From positions 1 through 33,058 of the forward strand of contig LWCA01000299.1 in NCBI GenBank assembly GCA_001642005.1: a stretch of DNA of 33,058 nt, given 5' to 3'. Position 1 is the stretch's first letter; each line of letters begins with the position of its first letter. The notes below the pieces were generated by a model, which was not told where the DNA came from, made no database searches, and worked only from the letters and a program-made list of their open reading frames with translations. This DNA is from Intoshia linei (taxonomy: Eukaryota > Animalia > Orthonectida). Positions 21,538-33,058 of this stretch are shown piece after piece. The translations under genes and the position numbers were made by a program.

Positions 21538-24500
21538 TTAATAAGAAGTAGAATTTAGCAAATTTTTTTGAATTAAAACATTTTGAATGTGCATGTACAG
21601 TTTTACTTGATCTTGATCTGGCAGGTCCATAAATGATGCAATAGTATGATCCAAATGGACAAAGCTAATTTTGTTTATTAATTTAATTTGGTGTATTCTT
21701 ACTTAACTATACTCGTGTAGTAGACATATACGAATACCATCATTATAAATTGACAATCAAATCTATCTGTAACACCACCGTGTCCAGGGATAATTGCTCC
21801 AAAATCCTAAATTGATATTAATTATAATGGATAAGATTTTAAAATACACATCATGTATATCAGTGTTTTTTAAACTGGTCCTTGGGACCGCGAAATATTT
21901 TGTACTAATTATAAATCAAATTAATTTTCTGTATATTCCCGTTTATTTAAAAACTAACATTCTTAGAATTTTTAAAATACAAACTCTAACTTTTTTACTG
22001 AGTGTTTTATCATAAATGCAATTTTCAGAAATTTGTATCTTCACGGTCAAATCTCAAATTACGATTTTATTACCCAACATTTTTCAAATTATCACTGAAA
22101 AAATTTTGTATAATTAAGAGTTTTTGTTCATTTTATATAGAGAAAAAATTTCAACCTCAGAAAGTTGCATCTTACTAACCCAGTGGTTCCCAAAGTGGTC
22201 CACAAGAAAAATTTTAAATTTTCCAAAGAACCTTTGGTTCAATTTTTTTGGACTACATATTTTTTTTAAATTTTTAGAATGTAATGGGCGATTAATAATC
22301 AATGTGTGTATATTTAAAATAGAAGCACTATGTCGCAATTAAAAATATCTAATGATACTTATCCGAGTTGCGCTCATCATTTAAAATATACTTTTAAAAA
22401 TCATATAGAAAAATTTAAATGTAACTTTATTTTTTGCAAAAACAACATTGTTGTAAGTTGTCTTATTTTATGGTCTCAACATCCACGCTTAAGTTCATTA
22501 GTTCATTCAGCCTTAACTATACATTTCAATTTTTAAAATTTGATCCTAGCTCTATTTTTGTGATTTTTATAGACATTTTAAAAAAAATTTCGTCGAGATC
22601 CCTCTGTGGAAGGATCTCGCATACGGCACTGGTAGTTCGCAATAAGTATGTTTGAAATTAAGAATTTTTTTAATTACGCTATTGAAGCTACCTTGTCAAA
22701 ATTAATAAAAAATTTTCGATTTAAGGAGGAATATATAAAAAAATCAAAATATTACCTTAGTGACGTGTTCAGGTTTAAGGGATTTTTTTAAAAAAATTAT
22801 GTGGTCCACACACATTTTTCACTTTTTAAATTGAGCATTAAAATATAATTTTCCTTTTAACTATCATAACTATTTTATGTATCAAATTTAAACTGCCAAG
22901 TCTAGACTCGTGCACGACCGTGGACAGGTGATTCGGACTATATGATATTACACATCGTTTGCAAAAAATTTTTATTTTCAAATGGGCTTTGAACATGGTA
23001 GGTTCATCTGATCAATGGAACACTTTTTACTGATAATTCAAAAAGATTATATAGTGATAATTGTGAATATCACCTATTATTCTGATCATTACCTTAATTT
23101 TATATGCTCTTTTGAATCCACTTGCGAAAAATCCACCGAACGGTGCAAACAAAGATGCAAATGCTGCCAAGGGTATAGCATGTAACATGAACGGATAAGT
23201 ATCTATTGTTGAAAATCCAAATACCTACATAAATCATAATTTTTAACCAAAATTTGAATAGGATTTTAAGGACCATTTAACTAAATGGTCCATTTTTATA
23301 ATATTTATCTGAAACGTTTGATATAAAAATTACATTTTCCGTGAGTACTAATATAGTGGATGGAAGTTGATATTCTGTAACTTTGAACAGTGCAGATCGG
23401 GCTGCTTGAGAGAAAATTTCCAGTTCTGTATCATATGTAAATGAACAAACAATATAATCATATTTAATAAATAAACAACAAGCCTAAATGATTAAATATA
23501 TAATAAAATTACAAATATAACTTTCTACCAGTTGATGTAATTAGTCCCGTAATTCCGCCAGGGCCTTTTATAGAGTCTAGGGACCATAGAACGAACCACT
23601 TAAATAACGAACTAAATAAGTAGGTCATGGTACAAAAATTTCTTAATTTTTAAAAACTGACAAGCGTCATTGAATTCGATTTACATTTAATAAATTAGTC
23701 ATTATTATTACAACACATTCATCTAAAAAAGTTTGCTGGTGCCAGTAAATTTACATGCATTGTATTTGTTGGTAAATCGACCACCCTTGCTTATAATAAA
23801 TAATTATTGGTGAATTAAAGCGGATAGTGGTGAAAATTACGGATCGCAACCAAAAAAAAAAAAGATTTAATTCAAAGACTGATATTGTTGGTCTTCGAAA
23901 TTAAAATTTTTTAATACAAATAAAACTTACAATAATTGAATAGATTATTGTGAAAAAAGCCCCACCAATATATCCCTCCCATGTCTTTTTTGGAGAAATA
24001 TGAATCAGAGGTGTACGTCCAAAAAAGAAACCGCAAAAGTATGCCATACTGTCGTTACATATTATCAATGTTGTTGAAAGGGCGAACCTAAATTATAATT
24101 ACATTATTTTAATTCAAGCAAACCCATTACCATATTATACCATGTAACACATTCATAATAGCACAATGACTGGCAATAACACAAAGAACGGCAGTAATAA
24201 GTGTCCAACCAAACTGAAATTATTAAATTTATAAATAAATTAAAAAATTACCCAAACAAACTGCTTCAAATAATGAGTTTTGACAAGATTAAAAACAAAC
24301 ATAAATATTGAAATGCAAAACGAAGTAAAAGTTATCATTTTATGATATGTAATAATTGGACGAAAGAAGGTCTAAAAATTGAAAAAAATAAACAACAAAA
24401 TTAATTACCAATCGTAGCGGAATAGCAAAATGTTTAAATACAGTATCTCCCAGCATGAAAAAATTGAACCAAAAAAGAAAAAACCAACTTTGACACCTAT

Positions 24501-24882
24501 ACCAAGGCAAATCATAAAACTGGTAAGCCTTATGGCCAATTTTAACAATTTCTTTGAATAATGCCATTTGTATAATTAAAATCTATTCAAAATTAGCAAT
24601 CCAAGTTTTTTCTTACCAATACGACGATAAATAATGGACCCGACATAATTATCATTACAAACCCTAAAAGCATGGCTATACCGAAAATAAATCTTTTTAT
24701 AAAATTTTTCCATCTAAATTTTTGAATTTATTTCATTTTATATTTTACTTTGGAGCAATTGATTTTAGTTGATCGTCCAAAATCTCTTCTGTCGGTTTTT
24801 GTGTCTTTTCAGTTTTATTACTTGGTTTAGTCTACAATTGTGTCATATATACCTCAAATAAACTTACCACATTACGTTTCAT
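21538..24882 (-). CDS. CDS: Phosphatidate cytidylyltransferase (CDP-diacylglycerol synthase, CDS1/2-like)
   Basis: Minus-strand spliced gene beginning with a 15-nt coding exon (24868-24882, MKRNV). Contains [90 protein letters not shown]; last exon 21538-21664 ends ...[11 protein letters not shown]. Confidence 0.95.
22182..22820 (+). mobile_element. Degenerate hAT MITE family pieces in CDS intron
   Basis: Left TIR cagtggttcccaaagtggtccac at 22182; repeated gtggtccac at 22801; family-B right end gcatacggcactg at ~22631; no clean TSD. Confidence 0.5.
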
Positions 24883-25587
24883 CTTTAAAATTAAATTTAA
24901 ATATTAAGCAGTCTATGTTTTACTCTAAGGTTACAGATATTTAAAATGTTTCGATTTACAAATACAGCGTACATTGATTGTGCTCTATAATTATAGAGCC
25001 TCTATTTTAAAATTTAAGAAAATTGTTTATTCTACAACACCATATTTTATAATGTATCAAGTAGATATTATTGGCATAGCTAATGTATTAAATTATTATT
25101 AGTATTTTGAACTATTTTATTTCATATTTTCTACTGCCAATGGATATTTATTTTTATTTCGGAAAATTTTACACTGAAATGATTTTGATTTAAATTTTAA
25201 ATATAAATTTTTTAAAGATTTTGAGGAAGTCAGTCTATGGCAAACTTTATGCCATCGCAGTTTTCCAACTCAATTGAAGAGTTCTCATTCTTAAATAAAA
25301 CTTGAATTAAATTATGTTTAAATTATTTAATTAAACTATGTTACAACTTGTGGCATGGTTTAAATAATTTAAACTTTTAATTTGGTTAATAAAACGTTGA
25401 TTATCTTACAAAATTTGGAATCGTAGTTATGATAGAAGGTTACAGATATGGTTTTAACTAAAATATATAATAAAAATTTTTTTCCGATAAATAATTTTTT
25501 CTAAAAAAATCACTATTGCGTCACCTCAAATTTGGCTAGTATATTAACAATCATTAGTTATATAATTATATACATTGTGTATTAGAC

Positions 25588-25926
25588 TAGCGGTTCCCAA
25601 ATGCCCGTCCGTGAGAAATTTTTAGTAAATTACAACAGAGTTGAACCTTTACACTTGAGACCACCCGAAAATGAAAAATAGGCCCCTGAAATTTTTTTCT
25701 CGAAATATGTAATGTCATATAGCTCTTAACCACCTTTATAAGATATTGATTTGATATTTTAAATTTAACACACAAAATAGTTATGATATTCAATAATATA
25801 ATTTTTTGAATGCTCAATTTGGGAAAATGAGGGGCCCATTTTCCAAAAATTTACTCGATCCACCCCGAAGAACGTCTTGGTAAGGTAGGTTCGGCACTGA
25901 ATTACAGGTCCGTGTAGGAACCCCTG
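25588..25926 (+). mobile_element. hAT MITE, 339 bp, chimeric with a family-B right end
   Basis: Ends tagcggttcccaaa / taggaacccctg; perfect TSD tattagac (25580-25587, 25927-25934); internal ggtaggttcggcactg ending at 25899. Confidence 0.8.
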
Positions 25927-26640
25927 TATTAGACGAATCTAAATTAATTTACTAGTTCTAATCTTACGAGAATCTATATTAACACTATTCGTGTTATATA
26001 CCAATGTAGTTGTAGTTTTAAAATATAGAAATTATAATAATAAATAGCTAACTAATTTCAAATGGCACCACACCTATAGTGTTGATAAAGTAATTTATAA
26101 ATTACTTAAAATAAATGTATTAATAAAAAAGCCTGACATTTAGATTTAAAAACATTAATCTTACTTATTCATGCGTCTTTTTTCCATGTAGTAACGCACA
26201 TGTAATAATAAAATGTACGTCAATCAGATCTTTTGTGGTGTTCAAAGATAATATTTACCGTGTTATAAGATTTTACTACAGTAAACACCCGAAAAGTGAC
26301 CACTTTTTTCACCAAATTTAAAATCGTGACATCAATATAGTTACATATTCTTTAAAGGGTGTCTACTTAAATTCAACCATTTTTACTAAAAATCAAAATT
26401 TACCAGCACTAAAAGGAAAAATATAGTTTTATCAACCCTAAAATGAAAATTTTAGTTTTACCAACCTTTAAGAGAAAAATCCAATTTATTTATCAAATTT
26501 TGCATGAAAATTGTTAAAACAAGAATACAGTATATCTCTGAAATTGAATTAATATCAAAATCTTACAAGAAGACAAAAATACATTTTTTTAAATATTTAT
26601 TGATAAACTAAACAATTTATTTTAGCATGATGATAATGTT

Positions 26641-29600
26641 CTAATGTACAGATTCTCGGAAATAATTTCCTAAATAATCAACACTATTTTTTTTGGGATT
26701 ATATTCTACAACAAACTCTTCGTCATACAATGGCCTATGAGCATGATGATGTGGCATCGTATCAATCATATGAATTTGAGGAATATGAATAAATTTTTGA
26801 TATTCCAATAAATCATTTCTGTACTTGGTCAAATATTTATTTTTGTAATAAATGTGCGGATGATTATGTTGCACATAACGTTGTGCCATCAAATTGTGAT
26901 CAATATTGTGGTGGTCAATCATGTGATTGTGTAGCAAATCATTGTGAACATTATGATAATTGTGTATATTGTAGTCATCGTATAATATATTATTGTGATG
27001 ATTGAACCAATCATTATGTAATATGTTCAAATTGTCATCATAAGTGTCGTAATAATGATCCAAAGCATAATGTTGCATATCACGATTATAGTCATTGTAA
27101 TGATTATCATAATAATGGTCTGTATCTGAAAAGGATTCGTCGTGTGTTAATTGTGGAGTGTAGAAAACATTATTCATTCTGTAGGCGGAAGGGTTGTGAA
27201 AATAATCATTATGGCTGTCATAACCTTGATATCCAAAATGTTGATGTGGTTCATAAATATAACCACTAAAATTATCTGGGTGGTTGTAATTTACAGAATT
27301 ATGATACGGGTGAACATGACGTGAACTATGAGGATAAAAATGATTCTTATCATGAATTTGATCATAATTGTACAAATTTGTATCGTGTACGTGAGGGTGT
27401 ATATCATGGGGATTAGAATAATCGTAATGATTCAGTCTGTTGTGATACTCTGAATGATCGTGATCGTTGTGCATGTGTGGACCATGATAATCATGAATAT
27501 GGTCATGATGATTATGGTTTCGATGACCGTGAGCGTTTCCATTATGATGATTTAAATGGCCACTATAATCGTGAATATCTTGATGGTAATTATTACCGTT
27601 TACTTGCCCGTGAATGTTTCCATGACGATGATCTGAATGGTCATGATAATCGGGAATATCTTGATGGTGAGTATTATGGTGGCTATGAGCGTGTCTGTTT
27701 CCATTATTATGATTTGAATGGTCATGATAATCGAAGTGGCTAAACACGTGTGGAACATGATAATCGTGACTGTTTTTATGGTGATTATTATATTTTCGAT
27801 GATCATGGAAATGCACATCACTTCCGCTAACTGGAATGTGTTTATGGCCATCACTACCAATGTGATTGGCGTGATTATTCCTATATCTATGTAAATTACT
27901 ACTCATGTGTCCTTTATTATGATAGCCAAGTCTATGAATCCCATGATGATCCACGCGATCATTGTGATTATAATGATGCAGGGTATCCTTTATTGGTTCT
28001 TCAGAGTACGAACGAGTATTATGATAATTGTAGTCATTATTTGGTTGATCTGAAAATGCAAGTACATGATTTTCATCATAATGGATGTGACTATTTTTAG
28101 AATCTCCTTCGTTCTTAGAATAAAATCCCGTAGAGTGAGTAGGGTTGTCGACATATCCAAAATTGTAAGGTTCGGGTTCAATAATTCTTCTGAAATATGC
28201 ATTATTATCGTTATTGTGTAAATTTCTAGGGTGGTGTATCCTATTATTATGAACAAATTTATCTGTAGCATCATGGTTTTCGGGCGTTTCATCTATAGTT
28301 TTATTATCACTGGTTTCAGTCTTTGAAATTTTATCATCCAATAACGATTCTCGGTGTATTGCTAAATATAAAATTAAATTAATCATGACAATTCATTAAT
28401 CAACAGAGCTTTGTGAATGTTTACTGACCTCCAATAAGGAATGCTGGCAGCTACCTAACCTATTGTAAACGAGACCTCTCCTCGGGAATAGTGGCTTTAT
28501 TTTTCCAAATTTAAAATTTATATTTTTCAACATCTTTACTGTTTTATGCGACAAATTTAATCTGGTCCTAGGCCCGTGGAGAGATGATTAGGGCTGTACG
28601 ACACACGCATCGTTTTTGAAAATTTTAGGGGTATCTTTTATTTTTAGATATGGTGGGTTTGTTGTCTGCGTTGACCCTAGAGTTAATATATACCAAGGTA
28701 TATTTCACGACATTCCCTGTAAGATAAAATGGTTCAAAAAATTAAAAAAAATAGGATTTGCGAAAAATACGATGTAATTTATTGAATTATTGAATTTATT
28801 TGCGCTAGTGCATAAAGTGCTAGGCCGTTACGGGAGTCGAAAATTTTTTATAAATTATTTGATTATTTTATTATTTGTTTATTTTTACTTTTTTGTGAGG
28901 TATAAATTTAATGAAATTAAGGAAGAATTCTTATTTTAAAGAGAACTACTTACAAATACAAAAAAATTGAAAAAATTTATAGAAAAGAAAGTATTTATTG
29001 AAAAAAATTTAAATTGGAACAATATATGCGGTGTTTGTATTGATGCAGCACCAGCTTTGCTTGGATCAAAATCTGGGTTTCAGGTAAAAATAACAGAAAA
29101 AGTTCCTGATGTCAAAGGGCAAATTTCTCATTAATTTAAAGTAATTTCATATTTTTAATTAATAGAAATAATTTTTTTAAGGTTCAAAATGATTAAAATG
29201 ATTAAAAGTATAATATTTTGTATAATGCATAATAAATTTATTTTAATCTCATTCGAAAATTTTTTTATAATACATGAAATGATCAATGGAATTAAGTAAA
29301 GTTAATATTTTAGATATAAAAAAATTTAGTTTGTTCGTAATAAAGGGAGAGGTCTCGAGGTATAAAAGGTTGAGAACCACTGAGCTAGTGGAATATGAAT
29401 ATTATCTAATATAAATTTAGTATACAAAATATGAATCTGATCTTGAAAGACGTATTATTTTTTAACCTTCTTAGACACTGGTTCTCGATTGGGAGCACAA
29501 AACTACATGCCTGGGTCCGTGAGATTTAAATAGAATATTGAAAAAATTTTTATCAACTTTTATTTATTTTCATAGGAGAATTTTTAATATTTATTACATA

Positions 29601-31329
29601 CATGTAATTGCCAGAGGTTAGAAATTTATCTTAAAGCCTAGACGACCGCTACATTATTATTTCAAAAATCCCACTTTTATCCACCATTAATAAAATTTAC
29701 ATGTTAATAAAAAATACAATTTCAAACCCCAGAGAACAATCGACTTTTACTGATATTTTTTTGAAAAATCTACTCAATCAAACCACAAAATAAAAATACA
29801 ATTTTACCAAAGATTAAAGGAATTCTCCTCTTTTTCCAATATTTTTTTGAATTCTAATTCGAATTCGAACTTCCTAATTCAAAAACAAAAATAAAAAATC
29901 GCCTTATTCTAATATTTTTTAGAAAAACACGATTTTACCAATCTTATGAGAAAACCCTTTAATTTTTTCATGAATATTTTATATTTCATGTTTCCTTTGG
30001 GATAAAAAAAAAATATTTTGAAACGAGGTCCGTACACTATTTGAATCGGGGACCACTGCTCTAAGGTGTCGTGTACTATGAGTTATATACTACTTTCTTA
30101 GAAAAGAGTTTTTATTATTCAAAAAAAAATTTAAATTTCCGATTTTAGCGAATAGTGGAGAATTGAGTGTTTTGGAAAAAATAAAACTTGAAATTAAATC
30201 ATCCCAGTAAATTTTTCAAATATACACAGTAGTGACAGCTCAATTTGAAACCTCTGGTTTAACATAATTTCATAACAAAAAATTTAAAAAAATCAGCCAA
30301 ATATTTTTAAATTTTCTCAATTACTGTGATAAATATCCCGATATTGGACTAACCATTAATTTGAATTTCCCTATGTAAATCTTTCTCTTTGTACAGTACA
30401 AAAACTCTACAAACACTGCAATGCATTGATTATAATTATAATTATTATCAACTTATAAATAAAATATTACATCTTTTATTCCTTAAAGATTGAGATTCTA
30501 AATAGAAAAATTACAAAAGTAATCAAAAAAACATTTACCACAACTTCCAAAATTAACAGTTAAATTTGAAATGGCAATAATATTTCCATTGGTAATAAAC
30601 CCTGTAAAAGAAATCTAAATAAAATTAAAAAAATTCAATAAAAACATAATGTTAATTACATTCTGGATAAATTGATCGTACGTGCTAATTTTTGCATTTT
30701 TCCAGGAATCTGAATCATCTGATGAAGTTTCAGAATCCCAATTTTTGAATTGATTATTTCCGAATCCCAAAGTTAGTAAATTTTCTCTTCCATTGGTAAC
30801 ATAATCAAAGGATATGCATGTGTTTTGAGTAAGAGATTCATTATTTATTTGAAATAAAAGTCTAAAACAAATTGTATTTATTCAAATATTAACTATTATT
30901 AGTAAAGTCACCATCAGAATCAATTTCCACCAACCCAACAAAAACACAACATGTCACGAGAAAGAATATAAATCCTTACTTACATTACTGTATATAAAAA
31001 ACATTTATCAAAATCTAAAAGAAGAACCCATTATAATTTTTTAATTATGCAGTAACATTTAAACATTTAATTATGCAGTATATTTACTTATTATTAATAA
31101 TATATTGAAAATTTACTGAGATCTCGCTGTATCAACGTATGCATAGTTGGTTCTACCGTTAATTTCTTTACCTTGTGAAATTTTCCAAAAATCAGTTTTT
31201 GAATCACACAATGTCTCGAAATTGCATACAAAAAGATCTAAAATTAGGATTAGCATTTTGATTTAAATTTGAACCGTTCGCTTTGGTTGTAATGATGAAA
31301 ATAACGATTGAAAAAATAATTAATTTCAT
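26641..31329 (-). CDS. Secreted proprotein: signal peptide + MAM-like domain + furin site + His/Asn/Asp/Tyr-rich tail (~733 aa)
   Basis: Exons 31329-31275, 31237-31117, 30861-30660, 30614-30539, 30497-30471, 28361-26641. All introns are GT-AG, phases are consistent, total 2202 nt. Protein: MKLIIFSIVIFIITTKA-NDLFVCNFETLC...FWK...YAYVDT...CISFDY...WKNAKI...IIAISNLTVNFGSC-ESQSLRNKR-SIHRES...; AATAAA on the minus strand at 26596-26601 and 26616-26621. Confidence 0.82.
27490..27735 (-). repeat. Coding tandem repeat, ~81 bp / 27 aa x3
   Basis: DYHDHSNHNNGNRHAHSHHNTHHQDIP / DYHDHSDHRHGNIHGQVNGNNYHQDIH / DYSGHLNHHNGNAHGHRNHNHHDHIH / DYH. Confidence 0.85.
28811..29382 (+). mobile_element. Internally deleted Buster-type hAT element with transposase fragment
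   Basis: Right TIR aaggttgagaaccactg; TSD cgctagtg (28803-28810) / agctagtg (29383-29390). Region ~28892-29120 translates FVRYKFNEIKEEFLF*REL... and EKNLNWNNICGVCIDAAPALLGSKSGFQVKITEKVP, the Buster/ZBED5/SCAND3-type W..C.GVCTDGAPAM.G...GF motif. Confidence 0.85.
29476..30058 (+). mobile_element. hAT MITE family A, 583-bp copy
   Basis: Ends cactggttctcgattggg / aatcggggaccactg; extensive colinear similarity with 1695-2106 (gaccgctacatt.ttatttcaaaaa.cc, tcgactttta.tgatattttttgaaaaa); TSD degraded. Confidence 0.85.
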
Positions 31330-32098
31330 GTTTTGTGATACTTTATGTATGTTTAAACTTTAAAGTGTTGATAAATCAGTATCAAAATATTATCATAAAT
31401 ACTCTATTGTTATCTGATTAAAGATGACTAGTTGATTTAGAAATTTATTTTAAATATTTAGATTCTTTCAAACAAGCAACAATTGTGTTTTCGTAATTGA
31501 ATAATTAATATTCATGTCAAGTTTTAATATAATACACCTGAAATTATAATTAATCTTTTTAGTTAATTTGTCGATGGAATATAACTAGCTATTTCGTTTT
31601 ATTTTGTAGTGTACTATTTCATTAAGTGTATTCATGATTAATTAATTTAAATAAAAATGTCAATTCCCTTTGTCACATAATACATTGTTAATTTTTATAA
31701 GAGGATTAAATAAAATTTATTTCATTAACACATGTAAATATTTAGCCATTTTTATTTCCAATAATATTTACTACATATTCTAGTGATACAATGTATTTAT
31801 TGGATTTTCCAGACTACATGTTTATTTCTAATTATAATATAGTGATCGTTCTCAAAAATGGCCACTCATGGGAGGGGTTTTCAGGTAATGACATTACTTT
31901 ATTAAATACATTGTATTGTGATTAATGATTTTATGAAAGATGAACATGAGATTAAAGAGTTTATCTTTTGACAGGTAAAGTATCCTTTACTTATCTAAAA
32001 TGGAATGTATGTGTGTATGTTACCGTATATTTAAAATATTCACAGTCGTAGAATTTAAAAACACCCAATTTTTAATAATTTTTCCCAGGACGTGTTTA

Positions 32099-33058
32099 CA
32101 GTCCCCGACAAAACGTTAGAGCACCCTATAAAAATGCTATCAAAACCATTTTCTGGATAAAAATTAAAATAAAATTTAATAAAAATAGAAAATTTCACTT
32201 ATCTATGACATGTCAAAGTGTATAAATATAATTTATTGCAATTATTCATCGCTAATTACCCCAAAATATTTATTTTCATTATCGATCACGCGACAAAAGT
32301 GCTCTAAGAGATTATATTTTAGGTATTAATTAGCACTAAAGCTAAATTTTTTAATTTCAAAATATACTTAATTAATAAATACATATATAATACACAATTT
32401 TTGATAAAGATGTCTAAAGGAAAATATTTAAATGAGCGGGCAAAGGGAATTATTGATTATATGATAAAGGAAGGGCATAGTCAGTCGAAAATTGCAATAA
32501 TATTAGCAATAAGTAAAAAGTGCATACAAACGTATCTCAATAATCGTTCGTCAAAATAATTAAATAATAAAATTGGATGCCCAAAAACATGAAGTCCATC
32601 TGATAGATACGACTTTTATTGCGAGAAGCGTCTAATTTTTGTCTTAGTCGTAGTTCAATAAAATCAAATTGTTCTTTTAATGACGTTTCCACTCAGACGA
32701 TACAATGGGAATTATGTTCCTCACCGAACATTCAACGAAGAGTCATGATAAAATGACCAAACCTTACAAAACTCCACATAGAGAAAAAATACATTGCTCG
32801 TACCAATATGTCCATTAATTGGAATCATATATGTTTTTCCGATAAAAACGTTTTAACCCGGACGGACCAGATAGTTATTCCTACTATTTCCACGATATTG
32901 GGAAAGAGCAATTATCCAAATTAAAACGATAATGTGGAGGAAGCAGTGTAATGGTTTGGGGAAGATTTGGAAAAAAATTTAAAACTAAATTATGTTTTAC
33001 AAAGGTAAAATTAAACTCTGAAAAATATATAACAATACTAAATGAATTCTTACTTCCT
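32099..33058 (+). mobile_element. Tc1/mariner (Tc3-like) transposon, left part
   Basis: TA target (32097-32098) followed by a CAGTCCCCGACAAAACGTTAGAGCACC putative TIR, then a transposase pseudogene; runs off the window. Confidence 0.8.
32410..33058 (+). pseudogene. Tc3-like transposase pseudogene
   Basis: MSKGKYLNERAKGIIDYMIKEGHSQSKIAIILAISKKCIQTYL (HTH), WNHICFSD, FNPDGPDSYSYYFHDI, GGSSVMVWG, KLNSEKYITILNEFLLP; multiple stops and frameshifts. Confidence 0.9.

Noticed and set aside
21794-22655. Cluster of short ORFs on both strands
   Set aside because: Lie in a CDS intron over MITE debris; AT-rich chance ORFs.
27477-27743. Plus-strand repetitive ORF (DDLNGH..REYLDG) resembling an EF-hand or repeat protein
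   Set aside because: Antisense shadow of the 81-bp coding repeat in the His-rich exon; no independent gene structure.
27600-28292. Two Ile/Met/Thr-rich minus-strand ORFs
   Set aside because: Alternate-frame readings of CAT/AAT/GAT-rich codons of the His-rich exon.
28362-28386. ATG start MINLILYL of the 581-aa ORF as a single-exon gene
   Set aside because: This stretch looks like a 3' splice site (ttttatatttag), and the upstream exons supply a proper signal peptide in the right phase.
30980-30987. Possible 4- or 8-nt micro-exon (cag|TAATGTAA|gtaagg, minus strand) in the MAM gene
   Set aside because: Neither length preserves the frame; direct splicing 31117>30861 is already in frame.

Overview
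AT-rich, gene-dense animal (eukaryotic) genomic DNA with GT-AG spliceosomal introns in two size classes: most are ~30-50 nt, and a few are 0.3-2 kb and packed with DNA-transposon debris. The style would fit a reduced invertebrate genome such as an orthonectid, but this is a guess. Five spliced genes were reconstructed by hand: a TTF2/lodestar SNF2 helicase (+, 5' end uncertain), a divergent class I myosin of Myo1D/G type (+), PCNA (+), CDP-diacylglycerol synthase (-), and a gene the ORF track shows only in part (-, 31329-26641). That last gene encodes signal peptide + MAM domain + furin site RNKR + a ~570-aa Cys-free His/Asn/Asp/Tyr-rich tail, and is the best candidate for something new. Introns and spacers carry many hAT (Buster-type) MITEs with nnnTAnnn 8-bp TSDs, a hATm-like element nested inside another MITE's TIR, Buster and other transposase relics, and a decayed Tc3-like element at the right edge. 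No rRNA, tRNA or CRISPR was seen.
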